From: Candidatus Obscuribacteraceae bacterium
GTDB lineage: Bacteria; Cyanobacteriota; Vampirovibrionia; Obscuribacterales; Obscuribacteraceae
NCBI GenBank assembly: GCA_044226015.1
Contig: JBGAHS010000010.1
Location: 192,001 to 256,000, forward strand
Direction: 5' to 3'
DNA length: 64,000 nucleotides
Made by a program: the position numbers and the translations under genes. This document shows, in pieces, positions 63,926 to 64,000 of the stretch. The number at the start of each line of letters is the position of its first letter. The first letter of the stretch is position 1. The notes under the pieces are model-generated. The model searched no databases. It was not told where the DNA came from and was given only the letters and a program-made list of their open reading frames with translations.

Positions 63926-64000
63926 AGCAATTCCCCCTGGTCGCACTATTATGCAACCAAGTGCCTATTTGCACTCAAAATGTATAGCTAAACTTAAACC

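Overview
Bacterial chromosomal window, densely coding. I see no rRNA, tRNA or CRISPR array. The gene style (many TPR proteins, a Ser/Thr kinase, giant Ser/Thr/Gly-rich secreted proteins, caspase and DUF4384 proteins) suggests a non-photosynthetic cyanobacterial relative (Vampirovibrionia/Obscuribacterales-like); this is inference only. Contents in order: (1) YaiI-family gene, TPR-PDZ lipoprotein and TPR protein; (2) two tandem ~2,800-aa haemagglutinin-like paralogs with an inserted beta-propeller, a shared unexplained C-terminal domain and no secretion partner in view; (3) kinase, crcB-DUF190, P-type ATPase and HPF-cold-shock fusion; (4) an internally deleted Rpn/PD-(D/E)XK gene that keeps an intact internal start; (5) a globin-coupled histidine kinase/NarL pair with HxlR and rhodanese genes; (6) glycosyltransferase, gnd, SRPBCC and a lid-less Hsp70; (7) a LysM/papain-like protease with a PsbP/DcrB-like partner; (8) dacB, a hairpin-rich intergenic region, an orphan VirB6/TrbL-like gene and a REP-bounded GATC-rich 22-bp array; (9) a Q/W-rich prion-like protein; (10) a four-gene caspase locus; (11) glutathione peroxidase. 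The best candidate for an undescribed system is the divergent locus at 55.5-62.6 kb: an exported active caspase-TPR, a catalytically dead caspase-TPR paralog, a DUF4384 protein and a lipase-DUF4384 fusion, with a recurring GAKDL motif in the two DUF4384 proteins. All family calls are by-eye motif recognition, not database searches.
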